Shown here: positions 26,619-35,421 of the stretch, piece after piece
How positions within the stretch are numbered: the first letter of the stretch is position 1
Layout of the letters: every line of letters starts with the position of its first letter
Origin: Bacilli bacterium
GTDB lineage: Bacteria; Bacillota_I; Bacilli_A; RFN20; CAG-826
Length of the DNA stretch: 45,676 nucleotides
Direction: 5' to 3'
Assembly (NCBI GenBank): GCA_045597865.1
Contig: JAZLKX010000016.1
Location: forward strand, 1 to 45,676
The notes under the pieces: generated by a model
What the model was told of the DNA's origin: nothing
What the model saw: only the letters and a program-made list of their open reading frames with translations
Databases searched by the model: none
Translations under genes and position numbers: made by a program

Positions 26619-26789
26619 ACTCACTCCTAATAATACCTCTTAGGGGTATCTTTCAATTTGCGTATGCTATAAGGATAATATTTATAATATTGTTTGTAAA
26701 ATGTTTTTTCTTCAAAGAAGGAAAAAGCGGCTCGTTAACTTTTGAATGATTCTATTTCATATGAATCAATTAGTTGGAAGTTAACGAGA

Positions 26790-26812
26790 AAAGGCAAGAC
26801 TATGTCTTGCTT
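26790..26812 (-). terminator. Intrinsic terminator after the nuclease-like gene
   Basis: GCAAGAC-ATA-GTCTTGC followed by CTTTT on the minus strand. Confidence 0.65.
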
Positions 26813-26834
26813 ATTTAATGGAAATGAATTGAAA

Positions 26835-27587
26835 TTAGAAATTGTAACGTTTAGAAATGTAACGAATATCTGACAAAAGGTTTGGCCATGTAAATTTCAA
26901 TTCATTTCTAAACTTTTCATTAAGGATTTCTTTACCAGAATATCTAGCGTGTGGTCTAAACACAATAGGTCCGATATGTGGACATTCCATAAAATCCCAG
27001 TTTTTACGATCAATATGTTTCAATACTTGATTCTTTGAAATGAAATCGCCATACTCAGTATTTCCGTGATAAATATACTGAGCTTTGTATGCAAAGGGAT
27101 CGACACCTTCGAACAAAAGACGATTTACAACTGCTTTTACTAATTCTTTACTTTCATTAAGTCTTAGATTTAAGTATTCTATCTCGTCTTTTAATTCATA
27201 ACGGATCTCCATTCCGTTTTTGCGTTTTGCTCCACTACCATCCGTTGTGCCGTCGCCATATGCAAATAATAAAATCGTTCTTATAACTCTTTCTTCTACT
27301 CCAAGAGTTCTTAAAAAGTTATTAAACGAAACTAGCGATTCACCATGAATGGTATCGGAAACTCCAGACTTAATTGAAACAAAAGCCATTTTATCGGTCC
27401 ATTGAATACAGATATCTGGTTTAATGTAGTCTTCAGTTTTAAAACATTGAAGGCGATCCTCATCTTTTACATGAGGAAATATGTAGCGCACAAAATACTG
27501 CAAATTTTGATTTAATTCTTTAAACTTATGATCATGAATTTCGTACACAAAGTTCAACTCGATTTGAGCTCCTAAATTTTGAGGCAT
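26835..27587 (-). CDS. Hypothetical protein, putative PD-(D/E)xK restriction-endonuclease-like fold
   Basis: ATG 27587 with GGAGGAG SD. Early helix G..IE, then KPD-x11-SIK, resembling the E...PD...SxK variant active site. Confidence 0.5.
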   Translation of the reverse strand: MPQNLGAQIELNFVYEIHDHKFKELNQNLQYFVRYIFPHVKDEDRLQCFKTEDYIKPDICIQWTDKMAFVSIKSGVSDTIHGESLVSFNNFLRTLGVEERVIRTILLFAYGDGTTDGSGAKRKNGMEIRYELKDEIEYLNLRLNESKELVKAVVNRLLFEGVDPFAYKAQYIYHGNTEYGDFISKNQVLKHIDRKNWDFMECPHIGPIVFRPHARYSGKEILNEKFRNELKFTWPNLLSDIRYISKRYNF

Positions 27588-27761
27588 AAAAACTCCTCCT
27601 CTCAATTACTATTTACAGTGATTTTCTAAAAACTGATAAAAAAGTTTTTAAGTCACTTAGTGACTTGTTTTTAACATGAAAAAAAAATGAACAAAAAGTC
27701 GCAGGAATCCAATCGCTCCCGAACATGAAAAAAACGTCCCTTAAGACGTTATTTTTTTCAA

Positions 27762-27838
27762 TGGTCGGGGCGACAGGATTTGAACCTGCGACCTTTTGTT
27801 CCCAAAACAAACGCGATACCAAGCTACGCTACGCCCCG
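27762..27838 (-). tRNA. tRNA-Pro(TGG)
   Basis: CGGGGCGTAGCGTAGCTTGGTATCGCGTTTGTTTTGGGAACAAAAGGTCGCAGGTTCAAATCCTGTCGCCCCGACCA. Confidence 0.97.
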
Positions 27839-27874
27839 TGGCTGTTACTTTTTGGTTTTCTTAGCCCTTTTAAC

Positions 27875-27951
27875 TGGCGCGCCTGAGATGACTCGAACAT
27901 CCAACCCTCAGATTCGTAGTCTGATACTCTATCCAGTTGAGCTACAGGCGC
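27875..27951 (-). tRNA. tRNA-Arg(ACG)
   Basis: GCGCCTGTAGCTCAACTGGATAGAGTATCAGACTACGAATCTGAGGGTTGGATGTTCGAGTCATCTCAGGCGCGCCA. Confidence 0.97.
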
Positions 27952-28023
27952 ATTACTTTTTTAGTTAAGCGCTCAATTATCTTATCACTATTGATTTAAT
28001 AATCAAGCGCTTTTTAAGTAAAA

Positions 28024-28097
28024 TGGAGGTTCCTGTCAGAGTTGAACCGACGCTCATTGAGTTGCAGTCAATTGCCTTACCACTTGGCTAAGGAACC
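28024..28097 (-). tRNA. tRNA-Cys(GCA)
   Basis: GGTTCCTTAGCCAAGTGGTAAGGCAATTGACTGCAACTCAATGAGCGTCGGTTCAACTCTGACAGGAACCTCCA; upstream TTGTTA-17-TATAAT promoter. Confidence 0.97.
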
Positions 28098-28232
28098 AGC
28101 GCGATAGATTATATCACTACTATAATTCTCTAACAAGTTAGAAATATAAAATTTAATTATTAAAATGTATGTAAAATTATTTGTAAAACAAATAATTTAA
28201 TGTTATAATAATTCCGAATCGAGGTAATTACT

Positions 28233-29483
28233 ATGATTAATGAACAAATCAATAAAGAGATTCTTGATCTTGCAAACCAAGCAGAAAAAGAATTAGAAAA
28301 GCAATTCAAACATGCTGAAGAAATTGCATTAGAAAATTCTAAAAGAATTTTATCTGCATTTATTGACAGCAAAGTTTCCTACACTGATTTCGCTGATATC
28401 AATGGTTACGGAAACTATGATACAGGTAGAGACAAACTTGAAGCAATTTTTGCAAATGTTTTAGGAACTGAAGATGCACTTGTTAGACCGCAAATTATGT
28501 CTGGAACTAATGCACTCTATCTTACCTTTAGTGCTTTACTTAAGCACGGAGACACCATGATTTCTATCTCCGGAAAACCATATGATTCACTTCAAGAAAT
28601 GGTTGGAATAATTGGTAATTCAAATCAATCACTTAAAGCACATGGTGTCCAATATGAACAAATTGATTTGATTCAAAGTGGTTTTGATACCAAAAAAATT
28701 GTTGAAAGATTAGCGAAAAATGACGTTAAGTTAGTAGAAATTCAACGTTCCCGTGGTTACTCCTCAAGACTATCACTCACTATAAAACAAATTGAGGATG
28801 TAATTAAAGCTATAAGAAGCGTAAATAAAAATGTAATTATTATGGTTGATAACTGCTATGGAGAACTTGTAGAAACCAAGGAGCCAGGGCATGTTGGTGC
28901 TAATGTTGTCGTTGGATCACTTATGAAGAATTTAGGTGGCGGTGTCGCATCTACAGGCGGATACGTAGCAGGCGATAAAAACCTTATTAATGAAGTAGCA
29001 GAACGTTTAACGGCCCCAGGTATTGCTAAAGAATTAGGCGCTAACTTCAACCAAATCAATTCATTTTTAAAAGGCATATTTATGGCACCCTCTGCAGTTA
29101 AAAATGCCGTTAAAACACAAATGTTTGCAGCTTATATGCTTGAAAAACTTGGATTTGAGAACGTCTCTCCAAAATGGAACGATCCTAGAACCGACATTAT
29201 TCAAACTGTTGAACTTAAAACTAAGGAAAATTTAGTTAAATTCACGCAAGGTATTCAAGGTGCATCCCCTATTGATTCATTTGTTCACGTTATGCCTGCA
29301 CCAATGCCAGGTTACCCATTTGATGAAGTTATGGCATCAGGCGCATTCACTCAAGGAAGCACAATTGAATTATCAGCAGATGCCCCTGTTATTGAACCAT
29401 TTACGCTTTATATGCAGGGTGGTTTAACCTATGAGTATGGCAAATTAGGCATTATGTCAGCCATCTCAAAAATGAGGGAATGA
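28233..29483 (+). CDS. ynbB: PLP-dependent YnbB / aluminium-resistance (methionine gamma-lyase-like) family protein
   Basis: GYG..D.GRD.LE, ALVRPQI.SGT, IQRSRGY, VDNCYGE, GSLMKNLGGG (PLP Lys), GSTIELSAD.P, QGGLTY. Confidence 0.9.
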   Translation: MINEQINKEILDLANQAEKELEKQFKHAEEIALENSKRILSAFIDSKVSYTDFADINGYGNYDTGRDKLEAIFANVLGTEDALVRPQIMSGTNALYLTFSALLKHGDTMISISGKPYDSLQEMVGIIGNSNQSLKAHGVQYEQIDLIQSGFDTKKIVERLAKNDVKLVEIQRSRGYSSRLSLTIKQIEDVIKAIRSVNKNVIIMVDNCYGELVETKEPGHVGANVVVGSLMKNLGGGVASTGGYVAGDKNLINEVAERLTAPGIAKELGANFNQINSFLKGIFMAPSAVKNAVKTQMFAAYMLEKLGFENVSPKWNDPRTDIIQTVELKTKENLVKFTQGIQGASPIDSFVHVMPAPMPGYPFDEVMASGAFTQGSTIELSADAPVIEPFTLYMQGGLTYEYGKLGIMSAISKMRE

Positions 29484-29496
29484 CAATTCAAAATAT

Positions 29497-29529
29497 AAAA
29501 AACTCCAGTGCGATTGCATTGGAGTTTTT
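29497..29529. terminator. Bidirectional terminator between ynbB and the SDR gene
   Basis: AAAAACTCCAGTGC-GATT-GCATTGGAGTTTTT between convergent genes. Confidence 0.85.
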
Positions 29530-29544
29530 AATACTGTTTTAAGC

Positions 29545-30285
29545 TTAAGCGCCGTATTGGCCACCATCTATTCTCAATACTGAATTATTGATGTAATTTG
29601 CTTCATCACTAACTAAGAATTTTACAAGGTGTGCCACTTCTTCAGGTTTTCCGTATCTTCCCACAAGTATTTTTTCCTGTTCAGAAGTTAAAAATTCTGG
29701 ATCATAGCCTTCTAATTCGGCTTCCGTTCCAATAAAACCTGGCGCTACAGCATTTACATTAACGTAAGGCGCAAACTCAATTGCCAAGTTATGCGTTAAA
29801 GAAATTAATGCTGCCTTGGATGCATCGTATTCAATGCACATTGGGTAATAGGTATTAATGCCGTTTGTGCTTGAAATATTTACAATACGACCCCACTTAT
29901 TGTCCATCATTCCCTTTTTAACACGTCTTGCAACGTTATATGCTCCAATAACATTTACGTCTAATGTTCTTCTAAAATCATCACTAGTTTTTTCATTCCA
30001 AACACTTGAAAGATCCACTGCTGCATTATTAATTAAAATATCAACAGTGCCAAATCTAGTTTCAATTTCTGAAACCATTTCATCTACATCTTTCTCATTT
30101 GAAACGTCACAAGGGTATGCAAAAGACCTAACACCTTTTGATGTTAATTCCTTTACTAGTGCTTCGGCTTCTTTTCTAGAAGTTAAGTAGTTTATAACTA
30201 CATCGTAGCCAGCATCAGCAAGTTCTCTTGCGATAGCTGCCCCGATTCCTTTAGCACCACCTGTAACTAATGCTAATTTTCTCAT
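29545..30285 (-). CDS. Short-chain dehydrogenase/reductase, FabG-like
   Basis: TGGAKGIG, INNAA, NISS, YDASK, VNAVAPG, IDGG. Confidence 0.92.
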   Translation of the reverse strand: MRKLALVTGGAKGIGAAIARELADAGYDVVINYLTSRKEAEALVKELTSKGVRSFAYPCDVSNEKDVDEMVSEIETRFGTVDILINNAAVDLSSVWNEKTSDDFRRTLDVNVIGAYNVARRVKKGMMDNKWGRIVNISSTNGINTYYPMCIEYDASKAALISLTHNLAIEFAPYVNVNAVAPGFIGTEAELEGYDPEFLTSEQEKILVGRYGKPEEVAHLVKFLVSDEANYINNSVLRIDGGQYGA

Positions 30286-30305
30286 AGTAGAAAAAAGAGC
30301 TTAAA

Positions 30306-30863
30306 TTAAGCTCTTGAAGAATATTTGCCGTCTGCTGTTGAGACAATGATTTTTTCGCCTTCCTTAATAAACATTGGAACGCGTAATCTTAATCCTGTAT
30401 TTGTAACAGCGTCTTTTGTTGCTGTTGCAGATGCATTTGATACTGCTGGTGCAGTTTCTGTAACTTCCATTTCAACTTTATCTGGAAGGTTAACGTCAAG
30501 GATCTTGCCTTCAAAGAAGACAATGTTGACATCCATGCCATCAATTAAGAAGAATTTGTTGTTTCCTAATTTTGCTGCATCGAGTTCAAATTGTTCGAAT
30601 GATTCCATATCCATAAAGACATAGGTATCACCAGTGTTATATGAATATTGAACTTGTTTTCTAATAATTTCTGCTGCATCGAATTTTGTTGATGCGTTGA
30701 AGTTTCTTTCTTGTGTTGAACCAGTTTTGAGGTTTTTCATCTTTGTTTTTAAGATAGCTGCACCTTTACCTGGTTTAACGTGCATAAAGTCTAAAACAAC
30801 CCATGGATCACCATCGACCATGACTGTAAGACCTGTTCTGAAATCACCTGCTTCAATTGCCAT
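30306..30863 (-). CDS. efp: Elongation factor P
   Basis: HVKPGKGAA loop, FMD.E.FEQ, VP.FI.EGE.I.V.T..G.Y..RA. Confidence 0.98.
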   Translation of the reverse strand: MAIEAGDFRTGLTVMVDGDPWVVLDFMHVKPGKGAAILKTKMKNLKTGSTQERNFNASTKFDAAEIIRKQVQYSYNTGDTYVFMDMESFEQFELDAAKLGNNKFFLIDGMDVNIVFFEGKILDVNLPDKVEMEVTETAPAVSNASATATKDAVTNTGLRLRVPMFIKEGEKIIVSTADGKYSSRA

Positions 30864-30950
30864 AATAATATCTCCTAACTTTAATTTTTATGAATTAAAT
30901 ACCCATAGATTGTATTAAATTCTAGAGTATTTATCAACCTTTAATAACTT

Positions 30951-31892
30951 TTACACCACCGAAAGTACAATAATTCCACTAAGAATTATCGCTATAAACA
31001 CATACTGAACGATTGAAAGTTTTTCTTTCAAAAAGATCCTAGAAAGTATAAGCGAAACAACTACTGTTCCTGAACCCATAATAACTGCAGCAACGCCAGA
31101 ACCTTCTGATAAAGCAAACAAATATGTTGCTTGACCAACAGTTTCAAATAAAGCTGCAAGTGCTTTATAAATTTTGCTTTGTTTAGTAATTTTTTCTTCA
31201 TCCTTTTTAGGAATAAAAATATTCTCGCCTTTAGCTTTTAAGAAGATTGCTATTCCCACTGCCACCAAGAAGAATGTTAATTCATAAGAACAGTTTGCTG
31301 TATGTTCAATATTTGCTTCAGTAACATTTACTAAGAATGTGGTTTCGACACTTTCTGTGTAATAAATATCTAAGAATGTTCCAACTGCATCTAAAAGCAT
31401 GTAACAGAAAGGCATTGCAATAGCAATAATTGCTAATTTCTTTCCTAATTTTGCAGTTCTATCGTTCTTTCCTTTTTTATCAAAAACACTAACACACACT
31501 AAACCAGCCACTACTAAAACAATGCCAATAATGACTGGTAACTTTAATGTTTCTTTCAAAAATATTGCACACAAAATAGGAACAATAGCACACGATGTAT
31601 TTTCAATCGGGTCAGCAATAGACTCTTCAATAAATCTAACTCCGAAATATGAAAGAATCATTGAAAGAATGTAACATGCTGCAACAGGTAAATAACGAAC
31701 AAAATTAAGCGGGAAAGCCTTTAAATCTACTCCTTGGGTAAAAAGTATAACTAAAGCGTAAATACCCATAAAAAGACCAACATAAACTGTAGTCTTTAAA
31801 TGAGAATACTTTTCATGTTGAAGATTTCCTTTTTTATAGAAAATCTCAGCTATACCCCACGCTATTGTAGAAACAATTAAAAATGCCCACAT
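30951..31892 (-). CDS. EamA/DMT-family membrane transporter
   Basis: About 10 TMs in two repeats, each ending in FLKE.L. Confidence 0.85.
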   Translation of the reverse strand: MWAFLIVSTIAWGIAEIFYKKGNLQHEKYSHLKTTVYVGLFMGIYALVILFTQGVDLKAFPLNFVRYLPVAACYILSMILSYFGVRFIEESIADPIENTSCAIVPILCAIFLKETLKLPVIIGIVLVVAGLVCVSVFDKKGKNDRTAKLGKKLAIIAIAMPFCYMLLDAVGTFLDIYYTESVETTFLVNVTEANIEHTANCSYELTFFLVAVGIAIFLKAKGENIFIPKKDEEKITKQSKIYKALAALFETVGQATYLFALSEGSGVAAVIMGSGTVVVSLILSRIFLKEKLSIVQYVFIAIILSGIIVLSVV

Positions 31893-31910
31893 ACGGTTAC
31901 ATTATACAAC

Positions 31911-31941
31911 AAAAAGAAAGAGCGAGGTAACTCACTCTTTC
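31911..31941 (-). terminator. Terminator of the pot operon
   Basis: GAAAGAGTGAG-TTAC-CTCGCTCTTTC followed by TTTTT on the minus strand. Confidence 0.8.
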
Positions 31942-31950
31942 AAATTATTA

Positions 31951-33786
31951 TTAAATACGGTCTTTTTTAAGTTTCTTTCTTGTTGCTTTTTTAGTTACAA
32001 AGTAAGCAACTAATCCTAAGGCTGCAGCAACTTCTATAGAAATTAAAACAACGCCCCATGTTGGAAGTTTATTGGTACGTACTGATTCCCACATATCAAG
32101 GAGTTTTCCAGTAGCAACATTGCCCATATCATTCATAATTGCACATCTATCAAGTGTTTCAACTAATGGATATTGAGCACTTAATTCTCTACCAACATAA
32201 TCTGGATCAGCATATAAAACTGCAGCATCCAAATCAACATATTCCTCACTAAGTGAGCCATTATAGAAATAGCTTAAGTCATAAAGAATATAATCTTCGC
32301 CTTCAACTAAGTCTTCAACAGGAATTTCTTCACCTGTTTCTTCATCATAGATGAATTCTGCACCAACTTCGCCACGAATGTCATAGCACCAATACATGTA
32401 ATCAAGCATTGCATCGCCACCAGTTGCTGGTGTATAACCAACGTAATCACAGTTTTGCATTGCGTTTTCTGGCATACACATAAACTTAATGAATTCTTCT
32501 GCTAATTCATATTGTGCCATCTCTTCTTCAGTTTGATTTGCTTCATCTTTAGCGTTTTTAGGCATACAGAAGCAGTCAAACCATAAGTTAGAAGCACTTG
32601 CATCTTCCTCACCTTTGTAGCTAGTTGGAATTGTGTAATAAAGCTCTAAGTCATTGTCTCTAGCTTCAGTAATTGCCCAGGTTGCATCACCACTCCAACA
32701 CATATTAGCACCAATCTTTTGAGTGGTCATATCAGTTTTACCTGAGTCTGTTTCAAAACCAAAGGCATTTTCTTTTAGCTTATTCATGTCTACCTTAACT
32801 TCTTCAAAAGTCTTGTCTTCATGACGATTGAAAATTGCAGTTAATTCATCATGGTCGGTAGTATTTGCAATTTCTTCAGCATATGTATGGATTAATGAAA
32901 CTGCAAATGTATCACGGACAGAATCTTTAATTGAAAATGAACCTTTTAAGACATCGCCATAAAGTGAATCCCAATCATTCATCAATTCATGAATTTCATC
33001 CTCTGTAACACCTTTGTTGTTTACATAGTAACTTGGGTTATACATAATACCCATCGTACCCCACATGTATGGAACTGAATAGTCTTTCATTGAAGCTGTG
33101 ACATTATCATTCATGTTTGTGGCTTCAATCTTTTTATAAGTTGACTCAATAAATGGTGAAATGTTTTCCCAAATCTCATCTCTAATAACAAACTTATGGA
33201 GCATGTCATTAGCGTATAACTTTTGAATCATATAATCAGAAGGAATACAAATATCGTATGTAGTCTTTCCGGTCTTAAGTTCATTAAACATTGTTTCGTT
33301 TGTATCGAAAGTATCATAGATAACTTCAATTTCTTCACCGTCGTGAGTATCAGCCCAGTATTCGGCAAATTGATCAATCATATCCATGTCCATGTAGACT
33401 TCATGTTCTACTTCAGCATTGTGATAATTGAATGAACCAGCTTCATCTTGGCCTTCTTTAACGTCAGCCTCGTCTACTTCATCTTCACATTCATCACAAT
33501 ACCAAATTAACTCTTCTTCATCGAATTCGACTTCATGAGTTTCGTTTACAACATGGTAATGAACTACTTCGCCATCAACTTCGGCTTCCTTGACTAATTT
33601 TTCATCAATATAGTCTTCACATTCGTCACACCAGTACTCGTTTTGTTCACATTCATATATGTAGTCTTCAGAGTTTAAAACTCTGAGAACTCTTTTTGAA
33701 CCTGAATCTTTAGAGCATCCAGAAAGGGCAGCTACTGCAAAAAGAGCAACTGGTAAAAATGGAGTAATTTTTCTAATCTTAGACAT
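31951..33786 (-). CDS. potD: Spermidine/putrescine-binding lipoprotein with CxxC insert and C-terminal TM
   Basis: Start moved to ATG 33786. Lipobox LSGC; N.EDYI, YDTFDTNE, PSDYMIQKL, PYMWGT.GI.YN, WSGDA, SN.WFD. Confidence 0.88.
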   Translation of the reverse strand: MSKIRKITPFLPVALFAVAALSGCSKDSGSKRVLRVLNSEDYIYECEQNEYWCDECEDYIDEKLVKEAEVDGEVVHYHVVNETHEVEFDEEELIWYCDECEDEVDEADVKEGQDEAGSFNYHNAEVEHEVYMDMDMIDQFAEYWADTHDGEEIEVIYDTFDTNETMFNELKTGKTTYDICIPSDYMIQKLYANDMLHKFVIRDEIWENISPFIESTYKKIEATNMNDNVTASMKDYSVPYMWGTMGIMYNPSYYVNNKGVTEDEIHELMNDWDSLYGDVLKGSFSIKDSVRDTFAVSLIHTYAEEIANTTDHDELTAIFNRHEDKTFEEVKVDMNKLKENAFGFETDSGKTDMTTQKIGANMCWSGDATWAITEARDNDLELYYTIPTSYKGEEDASASNLWFDCFCMPKNAKDEANQTEEEMAQYELAEEFIKFMCMPENAMQNCDYVGYTPATGGDAMLDYMYWCYDIRGEVGAEFIYDEETGEEIPVEDLVEGEDYILYDLSYFYNGSLSEEYVDLDAAVLYADPDYVGRELSAQYPLVETLDRCAIMNDMGNVATGKLLDMWESVRTNKLPTWGVVLISIEVAAALGLVAYFVTKKATRKKLKKDRI

Positions 33787-34636
33787 TTGCTCTCCCCTTT
33801 CTAACTCTAACAGCATTAGCTTGCTTGTTCTTGTAAACTGTAACGCCAATAGCGACAGCAAGAACTGCAAGGAAAATGATGAGTGTTAATGGACGCATTT
33901 CTGGTGGAATAGGTCCTTTTTTAAGCTTTGACTGAATCAAAGTTGATAATGTTTCAATTGTTTTGTCTCCAGAGAGTAATCCTGCACCACGTGTAAATGC
34001 GGTAACAATAAAGTCATCAAGAGACAATGTAATTGAAAGTAAGAATCCTGATAAGATACCAGGCATAATTTCTGGAATAATAACTTTAAATAATCCTTGT
34101 CTTGGAGTTGCACCTAAATCAAGTGCTGCTTCGTAAAGGTGCGGATCCATTTGTTGTAATTTAGGTCTAACTGACAAATAGACAAATGGTAATCCTAGGA
34201 TTACGTGACCAATAAGTAAGGTCCAGAAGTTAAATTCAATACCAATAGCAACAAACATAACAACTAACGAAAGTGCAATAACAATTTCTGGATTTGAAAC
34301 TGGAATTTGTGTTGTTACTTCGATTGCTTTTTGAGCTTTCTTTCTAGAATAGAATGCACCGATGGCACCTAATGTGCCTAAAATAGTTGCAACAATTGCT
34401 GAAACAACTGCAACAATTAAAGTATTTCCGAGTGCAACCCAAATTTCTCCAGCAATCTTTGTATCACTAAATAAATTTTGCCAATAAATTGTTGAGAACC
34501 AGCTTTCTCCTTCTGCAACAGTATCACCAATAGAGGTAACTCCAGAGAATGAGAATGCAATTAAAACTAAAATAGGAAGATACATTAAAAGTAAAACTAA
34601 GTAAATGTATGTCTTTGAGAGGATTTTCTTTACCAT
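33779..34636 (-). CDS. potC: Polyamine ABC transporter permease
   Basis: YLPI...I.FSF, EAALDLGA, SLDDF. Confidence 0.92.
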   Translation of the reverse strand: MVKKILSKTYIYLVLLLMYLPILVLIAFSFSGVTSIGDTVAEGESWFSTIYWQNLFSDTKIAGEIWVALGNTLIVAVVSAIVATILGTLGAIGAFYSRKKAQKAIEVTTQIPVSNPEIVIALSLVVMFVAIGIEFNFWTLLIGHVILGLPFVYLSVRPKLQQMDPHLYEAALDLGATPRQGLFKVIIPEIMPGILSGFLLSITLSLDDFIVTAFTRGAGLLSGDKTIETLSTLIQSKLKKGPIPPEMRPLTLIIFLAVLAVAIGVTVYKNKQANAVRVRKGRANV

Positions 34637-35421
34637 AAGCCACCCCTCACTTCCTCTGTTTTACGACCATTGGTACCCCACATGGTGAGTAAAACAAGAA
34701 TTAATAACAATAATGCTGTGAAGGAACCATTATTCCATTGTGAGTTAGCGAAGCTCAAGTAAATTGAGTTGCCAATCAATGTAATGTTTCCTTCGGAAAG
34801 TGCATCAGAAATGACATATGATGACATAACAGGCATCAAAGTCATTGTAATTGCAGACACAATTCCAGGCATTGATTGCGGAATTGTGTTTTTAATGAAT
34901 ACTTGAACTGGGGATGCACCAAGGTCAGCAGCAGCTTCCATTTGGGATCTATCAAGTTTAAGCATTGTTGAATAAAGTGGAAGAATAACAAATGGTAAGT
35001 AGTTATAAACCATACCAATAAGTGTTGCAGCGTATGGATGGCTTCCACCTGTAAGACCAATCGCGAATAAAATGTCACGTGTGGCAGCTGTTCTCAGAAC
35101 AAAGTTGATCCACATAGGCATAATAAATAACATAATTAAGACAACATTGTGGTTATACTCCTTCTTTGCGAGGATGTATGCGATTGGGTAACCAATAATC
35201 AAGCAGATTAATGTTGTCTGGATTGCTATGAAAAGCGATACCAGTATAACTTGGAATTTAGCAGGATCAGTGAAGAATTTCCTTGCTGAATCAAACGAAA
35301 ATGCTCCACTAGAATCCGTAAATGCATAAAATGCAATGAAAAACATTGGCACAATAATGAAAAGTGCCATGAATATGATGTAAGGTATCGAGAAATATTT
35401 TCTTTGGAACCTAAATTTCAT
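34630..35421 (-). CDS. potB: Polyamine ABC transporter permease
   Basis: GYP.AY, PMWINF.LR, YNYLPF.ILP.Y, EAAADLGA. Confidence 0.92.
   Translation of the reverse strand: MKFRFQRKYFSIPYIIFMALFIIVPMFFIAFYAFTDSSGAFSFDSARKFFTDPAKFQVILVSLFIAIQTTLICLIIGYPIAYILAKKEYNHNVVLIMLFIMPMWINFVLRTAATRDILFAIGLTGGSHPYAATLIGMVYNYLPFVILPLYSTMLKLDRSQMEAAADLGASPVQVFIKNTIPQSMPGIVSAITMTLMPVMSSYVISDALSEGNITLIGNSIYLSFANSQWNNGSFTALLLLILVLLTMWGTNGRKTEEVRGGLW

Noticed and set aside
27613-27968. ORFs 27613-27822 and 27780-27968
   Set aside because: They overlap tRNA-Pro and tRNA-Arg; spurious.
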